NCBI GenBank assembly: GCA_964016885.1 | Contig: CAXHJY010000649.1 | Coordinates: forward strand, 1 to 58,708 | Direction: 5' to 3' | DNA: 58,708 nucleotides | Source of the DNA: Eledone cirrhosa | Lineage: Eukaryota | Shown: positions 25,018-37,041 of the stretch, piece after piece | Position numbering within the stretch: position 1 is the first letter of the stretch | Layout of the letters: the number at the start of each line of letters is the position of its first letter | Translations under genes and position numbers: made by a program | The notes under the pieces: generated by a model | The model's input: the letters and a program-made list of their open reading frames with translations, nothing else | What the model was told of the DNA's origin: nothing | The model's database searches: none

Positions 25018-28000
25018 TGTGTGCAAGAGACTAGATGGAGAGGAGAGTCTGCTAGAGTCCTTGTAGGAAAAAGTCAGTGCTACAAATTTCTCTGGGTGGG
25101 AAATGACGATGGGATGGGTGGTGTAGGTATACTACTAGCTGACAAGTGGGTAGATAAAGTAATCTCAGTGTACAGGGTAAATGCAAGAATCATTAAACTC
25201 AGACTAGTCCTGAATAAAACAATTACCACAATAATATCAGCTTACGCACCCCAATCGGGGTTGCCAGACGAACTTAAGGATAGATTTTATGAGTCCCTAA
25301 TGCACACTACTGCTCTAACAAATGACAATGACTTCCTAATCATCGCAGGAGATTTTAACGGACATGTAGGTAAACACTGACGGCTTCAATAGAGTCTATG
25401 GAGGCCATGGGGTTGGCACAAGAAATGAAGAAGGATTCAGACTTCTAGAATTCTGCGACGCCAATGACATGTCGATATGTAACACAAACTTCAAAAAACC
25501 CGACAACCACCTGATCACCTATAGATCAGGGGAGCATTCTAGTCAGATAGATTTTATCCTCATCAGAGGACGTGACAGATGGACGGTCGTAAACACAAAA
25601 GCCTTCCCTAGTGAGGAATGTACATCCCAATATAGCTTAGTTGTCAGCCACCTCACGGTCAGAACAAGACGAACCTGGAAACAGAGGCCAACCTGGAGAA
25701 GAAAGATCTGGAAGCTGAAAGACCCCTCAGCCAGTAACAGATTTAAAGATATTTTACTCAACGCCTATGACAGTAAAGAAGAACAGATAGAGACATTCAA
25801 TGTAGAAGAGCACTGGGAGTTCCAAAAAAATAACTTACTAGAGGCGACGGATGAGGTCTGTGGCTGGAGTAAGACCACAAGCAGGAGGAGAGTGACTTGG
25901 TGGTGGAACAATAAGGTAGATGAGGCAGTTAAGGCCAAGAGACAGGCATGGAAAGAATGGAAGAACGGGGGGAGCAGGGTACATTACATAGAGACCAAGA
26001 GGGAAGCTAGGCGACAAGTATATTTAGCTAGGAGGGAAGCAGAGGATAGAAAATTCAAGCATGTTTTGCAACGTGAGGACCAGAAACAGGAGGTGTTCAA
26101 GATTGCGAGGCAGTGTGTCAGAGAGAATTGTGATGTCATTGGAGAGAAGTGTATCCAGAATGATAATGGTGAGCTTGCCCTCACAAGTGCTGAGAAGAAA
26201 GATGCATGGAAGAGTCATTATGATAGATTACTAAATGAGGAGAATGCATGGGAAGAAGAGACCCTACCCCAAGTAGACTCTATAGAGGGGCCAGCACTAC
26301 AAGTCAGCAGCAGCGTAGCAAGTAAGGCAATCAAAGGTATGAAGATGGGGAAGGCAACCGGTCCATCGGGTATAGCTGCCGAGATGCTGAAGGCATCTGG
26401 GTCTGTTGGTCACACTATAACCACATATATTGTTAACCAGGTAATACTAGAAGGTGTCATACCAAAAGATTGGTGCAGTAGCATCATTGTCAACTGCTAC
26501 AAAGGTAAAGGTGATGCACTCGATAGAGGAAACTATAGAGGTATAAAGCTGATGGACCAGGTCATGAAAGTAACAGAAAGAGTTATAGCACAGTTGATGA
26601 GGGACCGGGTGAAACTAGATGAGATGCAATTTGGGTTTGTACCAGGAAGAGGCACCACTTATGCCCTCTTCCTTGTGAGGCAGTTACAGGAAAAGTACCT
26701 AGCTAAAAGTAAGCCACTCTACCTGGCATTTGTCGACCTTGAGAAAGCCTTTGACAGAGTTCCATGTGCTGTAATCTGGTGGGCTCTTAGAAAACTAGGA
26801 GTAGATGAATGGCTTGTGAAAGCGGTACAAGCCATGTATAGGGGAGCAGTCAGCAAAGTTAGGATTAGCAATGAGTATAGCGAGGAATTTAGCGTACAGG
26901 TCGGTGTCCACCAGGGCTCTGTTCTTAGCCCTCTCCTGTTCATCATAGTCCTGCAGGCAATAACGGAGGAGTTAAGACTGGATGCCCATGGGAACTCCTG
27001 TATGCTGATGACCTCGCACTTATAGCTGAATCTATGGTAGAACTAGAGAATAAATTCCAAACTTGGAAGCAGGGACTAGAAAGAAAGGGTCTCAAAGTCA
27101 ACATGACAAAGACTAAGGTCCTTGTAAGTAGACGAGAAAACAGAACCCAGATCCCCTCAGGGAAATGGCCTTGCTCAGTATGTAGGAAAGGTGTAGATAG
27201 GAACTCCATTCTTTGCTCCAAATGCAAACAATGGGTACACAAGAGATGTAGCGGGATCTCAGGAAGCTTAATTAAGAATGTAGGCTTCACATTCAGCAGC
27301 TGTACTGGGACAGAAAGCAGCAAACAGCCACAGGAAACAAGTACCACCAATCTCCGGGAGGGCTCTGTAGAGACAGTAGACAGCTTCTGCTACCTAGGTG
27401 ACCGAATTAGCAGCAGAGGTGGGTGTTCAGAAAGTACAATAACTAGGGTAAGAACGGGATGGAAGAAGTTTAGGGAACTACTGCCACTGCTAGCTGCAAA
27501 AGGCTTCTCCCTCAAAATGAAAGGCAGACTGTATGGTACGTGTATCCGAACAGCAATGTTGCATGGTAGTGAGACCTGGGCGCTGAAGGTGGAAGACTAG
27601 CATAGATTAGAAAGAAATGAAGCCTGCATGCTCCGATGGACGTGTAATAGTAATATACGTGAACGACAAAGCATAAATGAATTGAGAGAGAGACTGAACA
27701 TAAGAGGAATCAAATGCTGTGTGCAGGAGAGGCGGTTGCGTTGGTATGGACATGTGATGCGTATGAAGGATGACAGCTGCATAAAAAGGTGCAGAGCACT
27801 AGAAGTCGATGGAAACCGCGGAGTGGGGAGACCCAAGATGACATGGGATGAGGTGATAAAAGCCGACCTTACCCAATTACACCTCTCAAAGGTGATGACA
27901 CACGACCGTGACCTCTGGCGTCATGCAGTAATACAGAGTACCTGACCTCCCATGGGTACAAGCTGAAGCATATAGACAATATGCCCCCACACCCTCCCAC

Positions 28001-28260
28001 TGCAAGGTGGTCGTGGAGGTGCCACGGCAAAAAAGCACCCAGCCCACACTGTAAAGTGGACATGTAGGCGCCACGAAAAAGCACCCAGCACTCACTGTAA
28101 GTGAGGTTGGTGTTAGGAAGGGCATCCAGCTGTAGAAATCAAGCCAAATCAGTTTCTGTATGAGCAAGGCATGGTCAGCTGACCAGACACTGCCCACATC
28201 AGGACAACCCGTCTAACCCATGCTAGCGTGGAAGAACGGACGTAAAACGGGGATGATGAT
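25018..28260 (+). mobile_element. RTE subfamily A, slightly 5'-truncated, pseudogenised
   Basis: Colinear with 51974-55210; frameshifts near 25378 and 26972, premature stop at 27598-27600; (GAT)n tail. Confidence 0.95.
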
Positions 28261-28271
28261 ACATATATATA

Positions 28272-29375
28272 TCTATACATCTAAAACAGAGAATGTCTGT
28301 CTGTCTGACTCCCTAAAACTCGAGAACCACCCAACTGATTGTTTTTAAACTTTACACATGTAATACTTATAGTCCTGTGAGTGTTTTGAGCAAAAGATAT
28401 TTCAAATTTTCAATGCCTTAGGGACCGCATTAGACGATTTATAATTCTTATTATATCTATATAATTCTTATTCTTTCTTTTTAGATAGATACATAGATAT
28501 AACGTTGCGCCCTTATAATATCTGTCTGTATGTCTGGCTGTCTGCATTACGACATTATGACGCTATATGTGTGTGTATATATATATATAGTGTGTGTATA
28601 TATATATATAGTGTGTGTATATATATATATATATAGTGTGTGTATATGTATATATAGTGTGTGTGTGTATATATATATACAGTGTGTAACGAAATATTTA
28701 CTTCTGCGTTCACAGATTGATTTTTTTAGTTTCAGAAGATCCCGTTAAGGGTGAAAGCAGCTATTCTTTGCTTAAATTTTAATCTGTTATTTTAATATAT
28801 ATATATATATATATATAATTATATATATAATTATATATTATGGAGGCACATGGCTTAGTGGTTAGAGCATTGACCTTGCAATCGAAAGGTTGTGAGTTCA
28901 ATTCTCAGACCGGGTGATGTGTTGTTTCCCTGTGCAAGACACTTTATTTCACATTGTTCCAGTTCAGTCAGCTGTAGAAATCAGATGATATGGACTGGGG
29001 TCCCCATCGTTCCACTGCAAAGTGGTCGTGGATGTGCAATGGCAAAAAAACACCCAGCCCACACTGTCAAGTGGATGTGTAGGCGCCAGGAAAAAAAAGC
29101 ACCCAGCACTCACTGTAAATGAGGTTGGTGTTTGAAAGCGCATCCAGCTGCAGAAATCAAGCCAGAATCAGTTCCCGTCCCACCCTTGCAAGCAGGGAAA
29201 AGCGGACATAAAATGAAATGATGATGATGATGATGATGATGATATTCATTTTTGGATACACAATACAAAATATAAACAAACGTATTTATTTCACGAGGCT
29301 CGATAAGGATAAATATATATCAAATATATATGAACCCTAGAGCAAATCCCGATCAACGCCGGGCCATTCTGCTAG
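28272..29375 (+). mobile_element. Non-autonomous Helitron with a nested SINE
   Basis: 5' A|TCTATACATCTAAAACAGAGAATGTCTGTCTG resembles the Helitron 2 start; 3' hairpin cccgatcaacgccggg then CTAG|T at 29372-29376. That both ends belong to one element is inferred. Confidence 0.72.
28842..29243 (+). mobile_element. Full-length tRNA-derived SINE with RTE-A-derived 3' part
   Basis: A-box TGGCTTAGTGG, B-box GTTCAATTC; 29012-29175 aligns with the RTE-A 3' UTR at 54948-55108; (GAT)n tail. Confidence 0.88.
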
Positions 29376-29551
29376 TATATATATATAATATATAAAATAT
29401 ATATATATAATATATAATATATATATATATATATAATATATAAAATATATTTATATATAATATATATATATATATCCCAGCCTTGCAAGCAGAGAAAAGC
29501 GGACATAAAATCCTGATGATGTTATATATAATTTGTTTGTTACAAACTTTG

Positions 29552-29612
29552 TATTTTATCTGATGAGTGCGTACCAAAGTTTTGGTACCCTTGAAATATA
29601 TATAATAGAATA
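29552..29612 (+). ncRNA. Minimal type I hammerhead ribozyme motif, same family as 14321-14386
   Basis: tattttat CTGATGA gtgc gtaccaaa gt tttggtac cctt GAAA T ATAT A TA atagaata. Downstream 29610-29700 matches the reverse complement of 14230-14325. Confidence 0.72.
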
Positions 29613-29754
29613 AATCTGGTTTTATAAATATAGTTTCCATTTATTTAATATTATACTCCAGAAAACCTGTCGAGTGCTTTGAATCAGTTATAAACATTTA
29701 TATTTGTTGAATTACCAACAAATTGAATATACCTATATATACATATATTGGTCC

Positions 29755-30122
29755 AACCATGTTTCGTTCGATGTGCAATGTAAATGTGAGAGAAAGGGAG
29801 AGCATGGACAAACTGATGGAGGAGCTGGGTTTAAGAGGAATCCGAGATGTTGTGCTGGAGAGAAGACTGCGTTGGTATGCACATGTTTTGCACATGGACA
29901 ATAACTGATGGGTGAAGAAATGCCAGGAAATCTCAATGGAAGGGAGCCGCAATAGAGGACAACCAAGAAAGACCTAAGCAGAAGATGTGAGAGCTGACCT
30001 CAAATCACTAAGACTGGCAGAGATGACGAAGGAGCACGACAAATAGAGAAATGTCATGCTGAAAAGGAACTTTTCAAGCCATGCAAGCATGGAAGAGCAG
30101 ACACAAAAATGATGATGATGCT
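29755..30122 (+). mobile_element. Old RTE (subfamily C) 3' fragment
   Basis: MCNVNVRERESMDKL...ERRLRWYAHVLHM; ends ccatgcaagcatggaa...(GAT)n. Confidence 0.8.
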
Positions 30123-30207
30123 GATATATGTATATATTTGTATATGTATATATATGTTAAGTATTTCCGTAGAAAAGGTAAAGGAAATGAGAGTGCTCTG
30201 TTAAATA

Positions 30208-30255
<48 letters not shown>

Positions 30256-30284
30256 ATAATGTTGATACAGAAAAGTATCCACAG

Positions 30285-32465
30285 CTCAGAGAGGCTGAAG
30301 AAAGTAAGTTTGTCAACATCCTGAGACATGAGGATCGGAGATGGGAAGTATTCTGCATTGTAAGGTAATGTGTCCGTGTGAATCAAGATGTTGGGGAAAA
30401 GTGTATTAGAAACGACACCAGTGTATTTAGCACCACTGACGCTCAAAAGAAAGAGGACTGGAAATGTTACTATAAGACTGGTGAATGTAGAGAATGAATG
30501 GGAGGAAGAGGAACTACCCCATGAAGGTCCAGCCATTGAAGTGCACAGTTATAGGGTTAAAGAAGCAATCAAAGAGATGAAAAAATGATAAAGCCACAGG
30601 ACCATCAGAGATAACTACTGAGATGCTAAAAGCATCGGGAGAAGCAGGAGTCAAATTAGTAACCCGCATAGTCAATCAGGTAATACAGAACTGTGTCATA
30701 CCCAATGACTGGCACAGTTGTACAATTATAAATTGCTCTAAGGGCAGAGGTGATACCCTAGAAAGGAGCAACTATAGAGGAATAAAAATAATGGGCCAAG
30801 TGATGGAAAGAGTTGTGGCGCTATTAATTAAGGAAAGAGTCAAATTAGAAAAGATACAGTTTGGTTTCATGCTTGGGAAAAGTACTACAAATGTCCTCTT
30901 ATTAGTGAGGCAACTATAAGAGAACTTCTAAGCTAAAAGTAAGTCACTATATTTAGCTTTCATTGACCTAGAATATATGTTTGACAGAGTATCCCAATCT
31001 ATTATCTGGTGGTCCTTAAGGAAATTAGGTGTAGAAGAAAGGTTGGTGAGAGCAGTGCAAATCATGTACAGAGGAGCTGTCAGGAAAGTGAGTAAGAAAT
31101 GAGTTTAGTGATAAAACAAACTTCTATTAGTGCCTGTTTGTTTTATCACACACATCATACCAACAGAAAGATTTATTTTTCTGTTACACAATCCAACATT
31201 TTAAAATGGTATTCTCAATTAAATTGTGCGAAACCATTTTGCTGGTTTGAGAGCTGATGAGGGTGGAGATGTGTGTAAACTTGTCTTATACATCACCTTT
31301 CTTTATTTCCTTCTTCCAGTCATTTCTGTGCACCAAAACACTTCCCCTTGTCCTCCTCCTCTTTCAATCTTTTCTATATTTCATTTGCTTGTCACCCACC
31401 TCATGGATTGTCTCTTTGTTGACCACTGGCTGCTAGTCTCTGTCCGCTGAAGCATTTTTGCCCATCACTGTCTTTGACAACATTTAACTGTTTTAACAAC
31501 TGTTCTAGCGCTGAGTTTTCTCATGTTTATATGTATTAAGACATCACCACCTTTTAAGGGGAAACCTTTAAAAATGATTTAAGAAAATAAAAATATAAAC
31601 AAAGGACACAGAACTCCAGGGTCATTGACTGTTGAGATGAACTTTGATAGCTTCTGCTGTCTAAGTGACTTAATAAATATATAGGAATAGGCATCACCTC
31701 CATATGATGTACATAATGTAAATTTGGGGTTCACAAAAGATGTAGTGGCATAACAGGTAGACTAATGCGAAGGGAAAACTTTGTAGAAGATGCACTGAAT
31801 CAAGAGAAAGAGCATCAGTGATATAAACCTTTTCCAGTCATAGGAAGGCTCCATAAATGTGGTTGATAGCTTCTGCTATCTAAGAGACTTAATTAGGAGC
31901 AGAGGAGAGGCACTGAGAGTATAATAGCTAGAATAAGGATAAGATGGAAAAAGCTTAGAAAGCTATTCCCATTGTTGACTCTAAAGGATTTCTCCCTTCA
32001 TATAAAAGCATGACTGTATGATGCCTGTGTGCCAAGTGCAATGCTGCATGGTAGTGAAACATCCGCTGTGATTGTAGAGGACATGCATTGACTGGAGAGA
32101 AATGAAGCAACCATGCTTCATTGGATGTATAATGTAAATGTGAGAGAAAGGCAGAGCATAGACAGGCTGAGGGAAAAGTTGGATTTGAGAGGAATCCAAG
32201 GTAATGTGCAGGAAAGAAGACTGCATTGCTATAGACATGTGATGCACATGGATGAGGATTTCTGGGTGAAGAAATGCAAGTGGGAGGAATCTGCAGTATA
32301 GGTAGACCAAGAAAGACCTGGGGAGAGGTGGTGACAGCTGACCTCAAATCACTGAGACTCACAGAGGAGATGACGAAGGATTGTGGTGATTGGGGGGAAG
32401 CCATGCTGAGAAGGACCCATACAACCCACACAAGTGTAGAAAAGTGGACATAAAAATTATGATGA
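30285..32465 (+). mobile_element. Old RTE (subfamily C), decayed, with an unidentified ~600-bp insert at ~31113-31710
   Basis: MLKASGEAG...NYRGIKIM...QFGF; later MLHGSET- and QERRL-coding sequence and a 3' tail; many stops. Confidence 0.82.
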
Positions 32466-32492
32466 TATATATATATATATATATGTGTGTAT

Positions 32493-32600
32493 ATCATCAT
32501 CATCGTTTAACATCTATCTTCCATGCTAGCATGGGTTAGACGGGAATTGTCCCACTTGAGGCAAGATTGATCGGGAGACCATGTCTTGCTCGTATAGGAT
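32493..32600 (-). mobile_element. RTE 3'-end fragment
   Basis: Reverse complement of ~15425-15530. Confidence 0.8.
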
Positions 32601-33019
32601 ATATATATATATATATACACTCACACATATACACACTCACACACATACACATAGACATATATATATTTTTTCTATATATATATATATACACACATATATA
32701 TACATGCAAATATATATGTATGTGTGTGTATTATTGATTGTCCTTGATGCAAGAATAATAAATTTTTTGGCCATGTTTCCAGCAGTTATTGTAATGGAAC
32801 AGTGTTCTCTACAACCAGATCATAAACCATTGTTCCCCACCATATCATAAGCCATTCACTTCTAATAATCAAAGAGCATTGATTAAATGTTAGCAACCAA
32901 TTGTAAAGAAAGAGCTGAGTGAGGGGAAACGTGATAATTTCTCATTGAGCTAATGGGGTCATTCGCATATTCAACTATTATTATCATCATTACTATTAAT
33001 CATTATTATTGCTATCAAT

Positions 33020-33800
33020 TGGGCAGTGGATTGGCAAGGTCAGTAGAGCGTCAGACAATATGCTTTACAACATTGAGTTGCAGCTCTTTACGTTCTGAGC
33101 TCAAATCCCGCTGAGGTTAGCTTTGCCTTTCATCTTTACGGGGTTGATAAAATAAAGTACCAGTAATGTACTGGGGTGATTTAATCAACTTTTTGAGGTG
33201 TTTGTTCCATTCATTCTGTGTTCAAATTCTGCCATGCCTTTCATTTTTCCGAAGTAGTTAAGTGCTAGTGTTGATTTACTCTTATCCTAAATTTTCTGGC
33301 CTTGTACCTAAATTAGAAATCATCATTAGGGCAGTGGATTGACAAGTTTGTTTGAGCATCAGAGAACGTTTGAGCTATTTGTTGCAACTCTTTAAATTCT
33401 GAGTTCAAATTTTGCCATGGTCAACCCCGCTTTTTATTTTTCCAGAGGTTGATAGAATAAAGTACCAGTCAAGCACTGTTACTTTACTTTAATCAACTTT
33501 CCCCTTTTCTAAAACTGTTGGCTTTGTGCCTAAATTTGGAAACCATTAATCTCGGTGAGTATATGTTGTGTGAGTTGTGTAGTTTTATGTTACTAGAATT
33601 TTTTCAACACACTGATGCGGGGTTGGCAGTATTGGTAGAGTGTTAGACACCATGCTTTGCAGCATAGTTATGCCCCTTTAAGCTATGAGTTCAAATCCCG
33701 CCGAGGTTAACTTTGCCTTTCATCCTTACGGGGCCGATAAAATAAAGCACCAGTGATACACTGGGATAATTGCTGGCCTTGTGCCTAAAGTAGAAACAAT
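33020..33800 (+). mobile_element. Cluster of three or four co-oriented SINEs of the second family
   Basis: Heads at ~33020, ~33329 and ~33617, plus a partial copy at ~33215; each has a variant of gagttcaaatcccgccgaggttaactttgcctttcat...aaataaagtaccagt. Confidence 0.78.
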
Positions 33801-33894
33801 TATAAACATGCAATATACATTCACACAAACACACACATACACATACATTTACACTCACACACAGGTCTAGTGAATGTTAGACGCTGTTTTCTGT

Positions 33895-36340
33895 AGTTTG
33901 TCATCACCCTTTCCTTCCTCAGTCATCTCTAGTGTGTGATGTCATCACCCTTTCTTTCCTAGTCATCTCCAGTGTGTGACGTCATCACCCTTTCCTTCCT
34001 CAGTCATCTCTAGTGTGTAATATCATCACCCCTTCCTTCCTCAGTCATCTCTAGTGTGTGACGTCATCACCCCTTCCTTCCTCAGTCATCTCTAGTGTGT
34101 GAGGTCATCACCCCTTCCTTCCTCAGTCATCTCTAGTGCGTGACGTCATCACCCTTTCCTTCCTCAGTCATCTCTAGTGTGTAATGTCATCACCCCTTCC
34201 TCAGTCATCTCTAGTGCGTGACGTCATCACCCTTTCCTTCCTCAGTCATCTCTAGTGTGTGAGGTCATCACCCTTTCCTTCCTCAGTCATCTCCAGTGTG
34301 TGACGTCATCACCCCTTCCTTCCTCAGTCATCTGTAGTGCATGACGTCATCACCCCTTCCTTCCTCAATCATCTCTAGTGTGTGACGTCATCACCCCTTC
34401 CTTCCTCAGTCATCTCTAGTGTGTGACGTCATCACCCTTCCTTCCTCAGTCATCTCTAGTGTGTGACGTCATCACCCTTTCCTTCCTCAGTCATCTCTAG
34501 TGTGTGATGTCATCACCCTTTCTTTCCTAGTCATCTCCAGTGTGTGACGTCATCACCCTTTCCTTCCTCAGTCATCTCTAGTGTGTAATATCATCACCCC
34601 TTCCTTCCTCAGTCATCTCTAGTGTGTGACGTCATCACCCCTTCCTTCCTCAGTCATCTCTAGTGTGTGAGGTCATCACCCCTTCCTTCCTCAGTCATCT
34701 CTAGTGCGTGACGTCATCACCCTTTCCTTCCTCAGTCATCTCTAGTGTGTAATGTCATCACCCCTTCCTCAGTCATCTCTAGTGCGTGACGTCATCACCC
34801 TTTCCTTCCTCAGTCATCTCTAGTGTGTGAGGTCATCACCCTTTCCTTCCTCAGTCATCTCCAGTGTGTGACGTCATCACCCCTTCCTTCCTCAGTCATC
34901 TGTAGTGCATGACGTCATCACCCCTTCCTTCCTCAATCATCTCTAGTGTGTGACGTCATCACCCCTTCCTTCCTCAGTCATCTCTAGTGTGTGACGTCAT
35001 CACCCTTCCTTCCTCAGTCATCTCTAGTGTGTGACGTCATCACCCTTTCCTTCCTCAGTCATCTCTAGTGTGTGATGTCATCACCTCTTCCTTCCTCAGT
35101 CATCTCTAGTGTGTGACGTCATCACCTGTTCCTTCCTCAGTCATCTCTAGTGTGTGAGGTCATCACCCTTTCCTTCCTCAGTCATCTCTAGTGCGTGACG
35201 TCATCACCCCTTCCTCCCTCAGTCATCTCTAGTGTGTGACGTCATCACCCCTTCCTTCCTCAGTCATCTCTAGTGTGTGACGTCTTCACCCCTCCCTTCC
35301 TCAGTCATCTCTAGTGTGTGATGTCATCACCCCTTCCTTCCTCAGTCACCTCCAGTGTGTGACGTCATCACCCCTTCCTTCCTCAGTCATCTCCAGTGTG
35401 TGACGTCATCACCCCTTCCTTCCTCAGTCATCTCCAGTGTGTGACGTCATCACCACTTCCTTCCTCAGTCATCTCCAGTGTGTGACGTCATCACCCTTTC
35501 CTTCCTCAGTCATCTCCAGTGTGTGACGTCATCACCCCTTCCTTCCTCAGTCATCTCCAGTGTGTGACGTCATCACCCTTTCCTTCCTCAGTCATCTGTA
35601 GTGCATGACGTCATCACCCTTTCCTTCCTCAGTCATCTCTAGTGTGTGACGTCATCACCCTTCCTTCCTCAGTCATCTCTAGTGTGTGAGGTCATCACCC
35701 TTTCCTTCCTCAGTCATCTCCAGTGTGTGACGTCTTCATCCCTTCCTTCCTCAGTCATCTCCAGTGTGTGACGTCATCACCCCTTCCTTCCTCAGTCATC
35801 TCTAGTGTCTGAGGTCATCACCCTTTCCTTCCTCAGTCATCTCCAGTGTGTGACGTCTTCATCTCTTCCTTCCCCAATCAGCTCTAGTGTGTGACGTCAT
35901 CACCCCTTCCTTCCTCAGTCATCTCTAGTGTCTGAGGTCATCACCCTTTCCTTCCTCAGTCATCTCCAGTGTGTGACGTCTTCATCCCTTCCTTCCTCAG
36001 TCATCTCCAGTGTGTGACGTCATCACCCTTCCTCCCTCAGTCATCTCTAGTGTCTGAGGTCATCACCCTTTCCTTCCTCAGTCATCTCCAGTGTGTGACG
36101 TCTTCATCTCTTCCTTCCCCATCATCTCTAGTGTGTGACGTCATCACCCCTTCCTTCCTCAGTCATCTCTAGTGTCTGAGGTCATCACCCTTTCCTTCCT
36201 CAGTCATCTCCAGTGTGTGACGTCTTCATCTCTTCCTTCCCCAATCATCTCCAGTGTGTGACGTCATCATCCCTTCCTTCCTCAATCATCTCCAGTGTGT
36301 GACATCATCACCCCTTCCTTCCTCAGTCATCTCCAGTGTG
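33895..36340. repeat. 41-bp tandem minisatellite, about 59 units
   Basis: Consensus GTCATCACCCYTTCCTTCCTCAGTCATCTCYAGTGTGTGAC, head to tail, no spacers. Confidence 0.97.
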
Positions 36341-37040
36341 ATGGTGGTGATGAGGCTGATGGTGATGTTGGCGGTGATGGTGGTGATGATTATAAAGACA
36401 GTGATGATGATGATGTTAGGGAGGGTGATGGTGGTGTTGTGCTGCTGGATATAGTGGTGATTGTCTCATGATGGTGGTGGTAAGGGTGATGGTGCTGTTG
36501 GAGGTGAAGGTAGGGGTGATGGTGATGATAGGATTGATGGCAATGGTGATGATGATGGTAGTGATGTTGGAGGTGGTGAGGAGGATGATGGTGGTAGTAG
36601 TTTTTATTCCATGGCTTTATGATGACATTTACCTTAATCTTTGTTGTTGCTAATATTGAGAGTCTAAGGTTATCATTTTCGATCTAGTTACTCATTAATC
36701 TTTCATTTTACTTCATTCTCCCCCTCCCCCCCTTTCTCTCTCTCCACATCTCACTCCACATCTCTCTCTTTCTTGAATTCTTTCTCCTACCTTTTGCTCT
36801 TTCTCCAATCCTACTCTATATTTCTATGATTGTCTCTGTCTCTTTACTCATTTCTCCCTCCCAGTCTCTCACCTCCACTCTCACTCTATTCCTCCATCAC
36901 CCCTCCTTATCAGGATTTTTTTTCTCATTACTTTACCTAGACACCCATATCTAATAGTTTTCCCATGCATTTTCCTATTTACTTACCTACCTGCCTACCT
37001 CTCTACGTGTCTGTCTTGCTGTCTATCTATTTCTCTGTCT
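36337..37040. repeat. Low-complexity (GAT/GGT)n tract followed by a CT-rich tract
   Basis: Degenerate trinucleotide run 36337-36600; polypyrimidine run ~36710-37040. Confidence 0.85.
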
Positions 37041-37041
37041 G

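Noticed and set aside
32740-33000. Possible host exon in apparently unique sequence (also 11980-12610 and 38840-39100)
   Set aside because: No recognisable protein motif or convincing splice-site pair; cannot be supported without RNA-seq or a homology search.
33895-36340. Possible CRISPR array
   Set aside because: Units are contiguous with no unique spacers, no cas genes are present, and the context is eukaryotic.
35969-36653. Ser/Leu-rich and Met/Val-rich ORFs
   Set aside because: Translations of the satellite and the (GAT/GGT)n low-complexity tract.
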